DNA of 64,000 bases from Dicyema japonicum. Its lineage: Eukaryota > Animalia > Dicyemida. Position 1 is the first letter of the stretch. Each line of letters starts with the position of its first letter. The stretch spans positions 1-64,000 of the forward strand of contig RDEW01000099.1 of the NCBI GenBank assembly GCA_011109175.1, given 5' to 3'. Positions 60,131-64,000 of this stretch are shown here, one piece after another. The position numbers were made by a program, and so were the translations under genes. The notes beneath the pieces are model-generated. The model was not told the origin of the DNA. It was given only the letters and a program-made list of their open reading frames with translations, and did not search any database.

Positions 60131-60499
60131 AAATTGGACGAACAACACTAGAATTTGATTTTCATCTGATTCGCTTTTTCTTCTTACAGTGAATGCAAAA
60201 TAACTTGTATAAATCACTTAACGTTAATATGTGATTGTTCGAGGTTTCATTAATCGCACTAAAGTATCTGCCACTCATCTTCAGAGATAACCTGTGTTTA
60301 CGGATTTTTAGGAGACAATCTGGGTAGAAGTCGGTTGACATGCCCTACAATTTAATATTAGTTCCCTATCACTTATTCTACAGTGCTTTTTCTCTATAAT
60401 AACTTACTTATATGAGTTTGTGTCGTGCTAATTAGCCTATATTTGTGATACAGAAATTATCTAAATATATTCATGCAAATTGTGTAATTAACTTATCAA

Positions 60500-61350
60500 A
60501 TGTCACTCAATTCCTGAATTTTTTAATAAGAAAACAATTCCTGAATTAAAGATTTGATAAAACCATGTGCATTGGAAATGCTCTCAATAATACTTGGAAC
60601 AGAGGAAAGACAAAAAATTGAATCAGTTCCGCTATCCAATAATCTAATTCACAGAAAAATATGTGAGTTAAGTCATGACATTTTGTCGCAAATTATTGCA
60701 GAGATCAAGTCAATTCATTTCCGTATATCTTTTCAGTTGGACAAATTAACTGATGTCTCTAATTGTAGTCAACTTATTGTACTAGTGAGGTATTTCCATG
60801 AAGGTAGTTAAAAAAAGATTTGTTGTTTTGTAAAGAATTAAAAAAGACCAAGAAAGGAACAGATTTATTTAACATTGTTTAAGAGTTTTTTTTATGAAGA
60901 ATGATTTGGATATCAAGACTATAGGCTCTGATTAGACGGTCAGCAATGCTTGGAAATAAGTTCTGTTTTGCTGGGTTATTGAAGAATGAAATCTCAAATA
61001 TACGGATTACACACTGTTTTCTTTTATCGTTATGTAATAGCTGTTAAAACTATCACAATTAAAAATAAATATAGAAATCGCTCGAATCCAGAACATGACA
61101 TTCGTATTGCGATTAGCAACAAAATCCCATATTCGACAAAATCATTAAAAATCAATTAATTGTTTACTTTTGTTTATAATAATTTACTTATTTACTTTTG
61201 TTCTCCTTAGTTTAGTTAATTTAAAGATATTGCATTAGAATGTTAATTTTTTTATTTTTTATAGATTAGCAAACTTATGGGAAATAAAAATAATAATATA
61301 AATTGAAAACGTTCTCGGGGTACGAGCTCTATGAAGGTTGGGAATCCCTG
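60500..61350 (+). mobile_element. hAT (Buster/Charlie, ZBED5-like) transposon remnant with right terminus
   Basis: IKPCA..M...VPLSNN.I.R.I.ELS.DI..QI...FQLD..TDVSN.SQL.V.VRY; right end ggggtacg...ggttgggaatccctg at 61317-61350. Confidence 0.85.
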
Positions 61351-63899
61351 ATCTAATGAATGCTAAGTAATGGGGAAAAAATAATCTTTTTGCAGCCGCA
61401 TCTTCGGCACTACTGAATAAGGAGACAGCACGCTAATTGAACCAAAAAAATCAGAAAGGACATAGATAATCTTCGACCAAGTGACTACCAGGGAGAATTG
61501 AACTAACGAATGATTAGTTATTGTGCTTCAGCGTAAACTGTCGCTTCATAATAAAGTTTTTTAGTTTGGCCCATTTAACAACCTCCCGTCATCTCGGATA
61601 CCATGAAAATCTTATATTAGTCTATAGATAGTATATTGAAAGCTTATTATTTTATAAAAATTCAATAAATTAGTTTCTGTAAAATCTTATTAACTTTAAT
61701 ACGTGAAGCCTGTGACACGTGATCCTCCAATTTTGGTCGGACTGATTTGAACACAGATACTTTGTAATCCCACACTGTTTGTTGTGTTCATAAATTTGGG
61801 TTTATGATGTATCTTTATGCTGACCATCTCGTTTATGCTGACTCGTGACACTAGCAAAGGATTATGGGATTAACAGTCTCGAAGGATCTTGAAGGGAGCA
61901 GAGTCTTCAAAACAGACGAACATGGGCAAAAATTAGAAATTAGTAAAATTAGAAGATTTTCAAGGAACTTGTGAGAAGAAAGGGACGCCTCCGAAATTCC
62001 ATAAAGTATCTCTTACAGAGAGGAATTGCATCGGTTCTCATGACACAGAGCATAGATGAGGCCGTAATTAACTGACTGCCACGTATTTCCTTTTAATTTG
62101 TGATTCTTGGTTTAATGAATAAACTGATTATAATCATTATTTTTGAGAGTGAAAAAAAGACGTTACTAATAAATCACGTTCCAGCTGTCATGAGACATTG
62201 ACATAACGGTCGTCTCACCCTGGATTGTGAAAAATAATTTACGTTTCAAGGTTGAGTCGTGTCGCAAGCACATTCCTGATTTTGTTAACGACACCTTTAC
62301 GCATTCTCTAACCTCCATAGAAATTTCGAAACCGATCGGGATGAAACTGAAACGGTCTCCAATGGCGAGTGTTAATTTTATATCCTCCTTTAATAAAACG
62401 ATTAACTTCCAAAACGTTATAAATTAGAAAGCAATTCTCATGATTGAACGCATTCTCTTAACTATTTGAGAAGACACCCAATACCTGGGCAGAATTCAAA
62501 AAAGATTCTTCTTTTCATCCCACTGAGAGACTACTTTGCTGCTTTTTTTCAATTTCATACTAAAAATTGTTACGTTTCGTATATATGTAGATGCCAGATG
62601 ATACTAATTATTTGGCATGAAGATAACCTTAGTGAAAGGTAAAGGGAGGTCTTTATATCATCGGGACGACTCCCAAGTCTTGTTTGTTGATTGCAGTTGA
62701 GTATTGAGTATGTGACCTGAGTTTACTTACGCTTCTCTAATGTGTGTTAACTGATCCAAATATCATTATGTTCACCGTAAATGATATGTTATTGAAGCTG
62801 AGTAGAAATTTCAGAATGAAGACGATTGACATTTGGAAGAAGAGGACTTTTTGAATTAAAATTTAATTTTTTATTAAAAAAACTAGACTACAAACTTTTA
62901 TATAAAATGTGATTTTAAAAGAATCCTATACACACTTGATTATTAAAATCGTAATCTCCTCTCTTGAAGGTTATTTTGTCTATAATCGTAATAACAGNTA
63001 ACTTTTAGAAATTGTAGTTTTTTCCAACATTGACGGTGGAGAATAAACATCTTTCGCTTATTTTCAGTTCTTTTTCAAGTGAATCACTCCAAACCTTAAT
63101 AAATTTAAACTTAACAACAGCTTTATCACATTGCTCACAGTAGGTCATTAAATCTGAAATAATTCTGGGCACCCAAAAAGTTCCTTCTTTTCGGTTTCAG
63201 TAAAAGATTTTTTGATTAGAGAGTATCGACCACACCAAATTTGCTGAAACAATCAACAAATGTCAAAAGCTATAGAAAATTAATGAGAAAAAATACGCAT
63301 GAATAACCAAGTTTTTGTCAGAATAACGTCGCAAATCGATCAGATCGGCTATATATATGTCGCGTGGTATTTTGCCACAATTGGTGTGTTATCGGAGGTT
63401 TTGTTTCCAAAACCCTCTTAAACACACAAATGTACATCGCTTTACAATATCTCCAACTTCGCTCTTTGTCACATTGTAGTACAGCTTTTCAAAATAATAA
63501 AAAGCATGTTCCTATCAATGTGGGATTTGTTGTGTTCAGACTAAAAACTTAAAGATTGAATATACCTCAATAGTTAATCGTTTAGCTCTAGTTCGTCGTT
63601 TGCAAAAAATCGTAATTTATAATTTGTTTCCTACAAATGAGCAATTATAAATATACGTAGATATATGGCACATTGTTTTCAAACGTAAAACTACTGGCAT
63701 GTCTTTTATAAGGCCTCTTATCGGATATTGCCAGATCTGAAGGGAACAAGTCAAATTCTTTAAATTCCTTAATTATTTTCAGATAGTGAAGAAACAATCG
63801 AACAACAAAAACCATCAGTCGCGTGTTAATAAAAGCGTGCTGAATAATTTTTTAAATAATTTAAATTACTTATTATTAAGAAACAAATTAATAATAATA

Positions 63900-64000
63900 A
63901 CATAATAACAGCCTTTTTTCACGGAGCCGTGGTATTAGCTCCGCATAGGCAGGACACACACTTTATTTAAGTAAAGGACAGTTAATTTTAACTAATCGTA
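63900..64000 (-). mobile_element. 3' end of the I/Jockey-like family seen at 3850-4450 (continues beyond window)
   Basis: Reverse complement matches 4351-4438 with about one mismatch; (TTA)-rich tail at 63885-63910. Confidence 0.8.

Noticed and set aside
1-64000. Ciliate-type alternative genetic code, or microsporidian origin
   Set aside because: TAA, TAG and TGA terminate the reconstructed genes and internal stops vanish on splicing. A DIX-PDZ-DEP Dishevelled indicates an animal.

Overview
AT-rich eukaryotic (animal) genomic DNA, mostly a graveyard of decayed transposons, with four host genes reconstructed by hand. The genes are dishevelled (DIX-PDZ-DEP, ~407 aa), an IP6K/IPMK-family inositol kinase (255 aa), cathepsin L (~336 aa, one unexplained 1-nt frameshift) and a miniature TPX2-like gene (137 aa) with an inverted pseudogene copy. 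All four are split by tiny spliceosomal introns: 18 of 20 inferred introns are 21-28 nt, and one is GC-AG. This is why the ORF track fragments them. Micro-introns plus a metazoan gene (Dsh) point to a dicyemid mesozoan, which is an inference. Mobile DNA includes RTE, I/Jockey-like, R4/Dong-like and CRE-like non-LTR retrotransposons; Tigger/pogo, hAT and piggyBac DNA transposons; and Ginger/KRBA2-type integrases. One Tigger copy has perfect TIRs and is nested inside an RTE. Other features: an internally deleted 5S rRNA pseudogene, decayed LRR/surface-protein genes, a 160-190 bp repeat family in three arrays that share one near-open reading frame, an unidentified four-copy gene-like family, and a short interspersed repeat whose 5' part can be drawn as an HDV-like double pseudoknot. 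All analysis was manual; TE boundaries are approximate (tens of bp) unless TIR/TSD positions are given.
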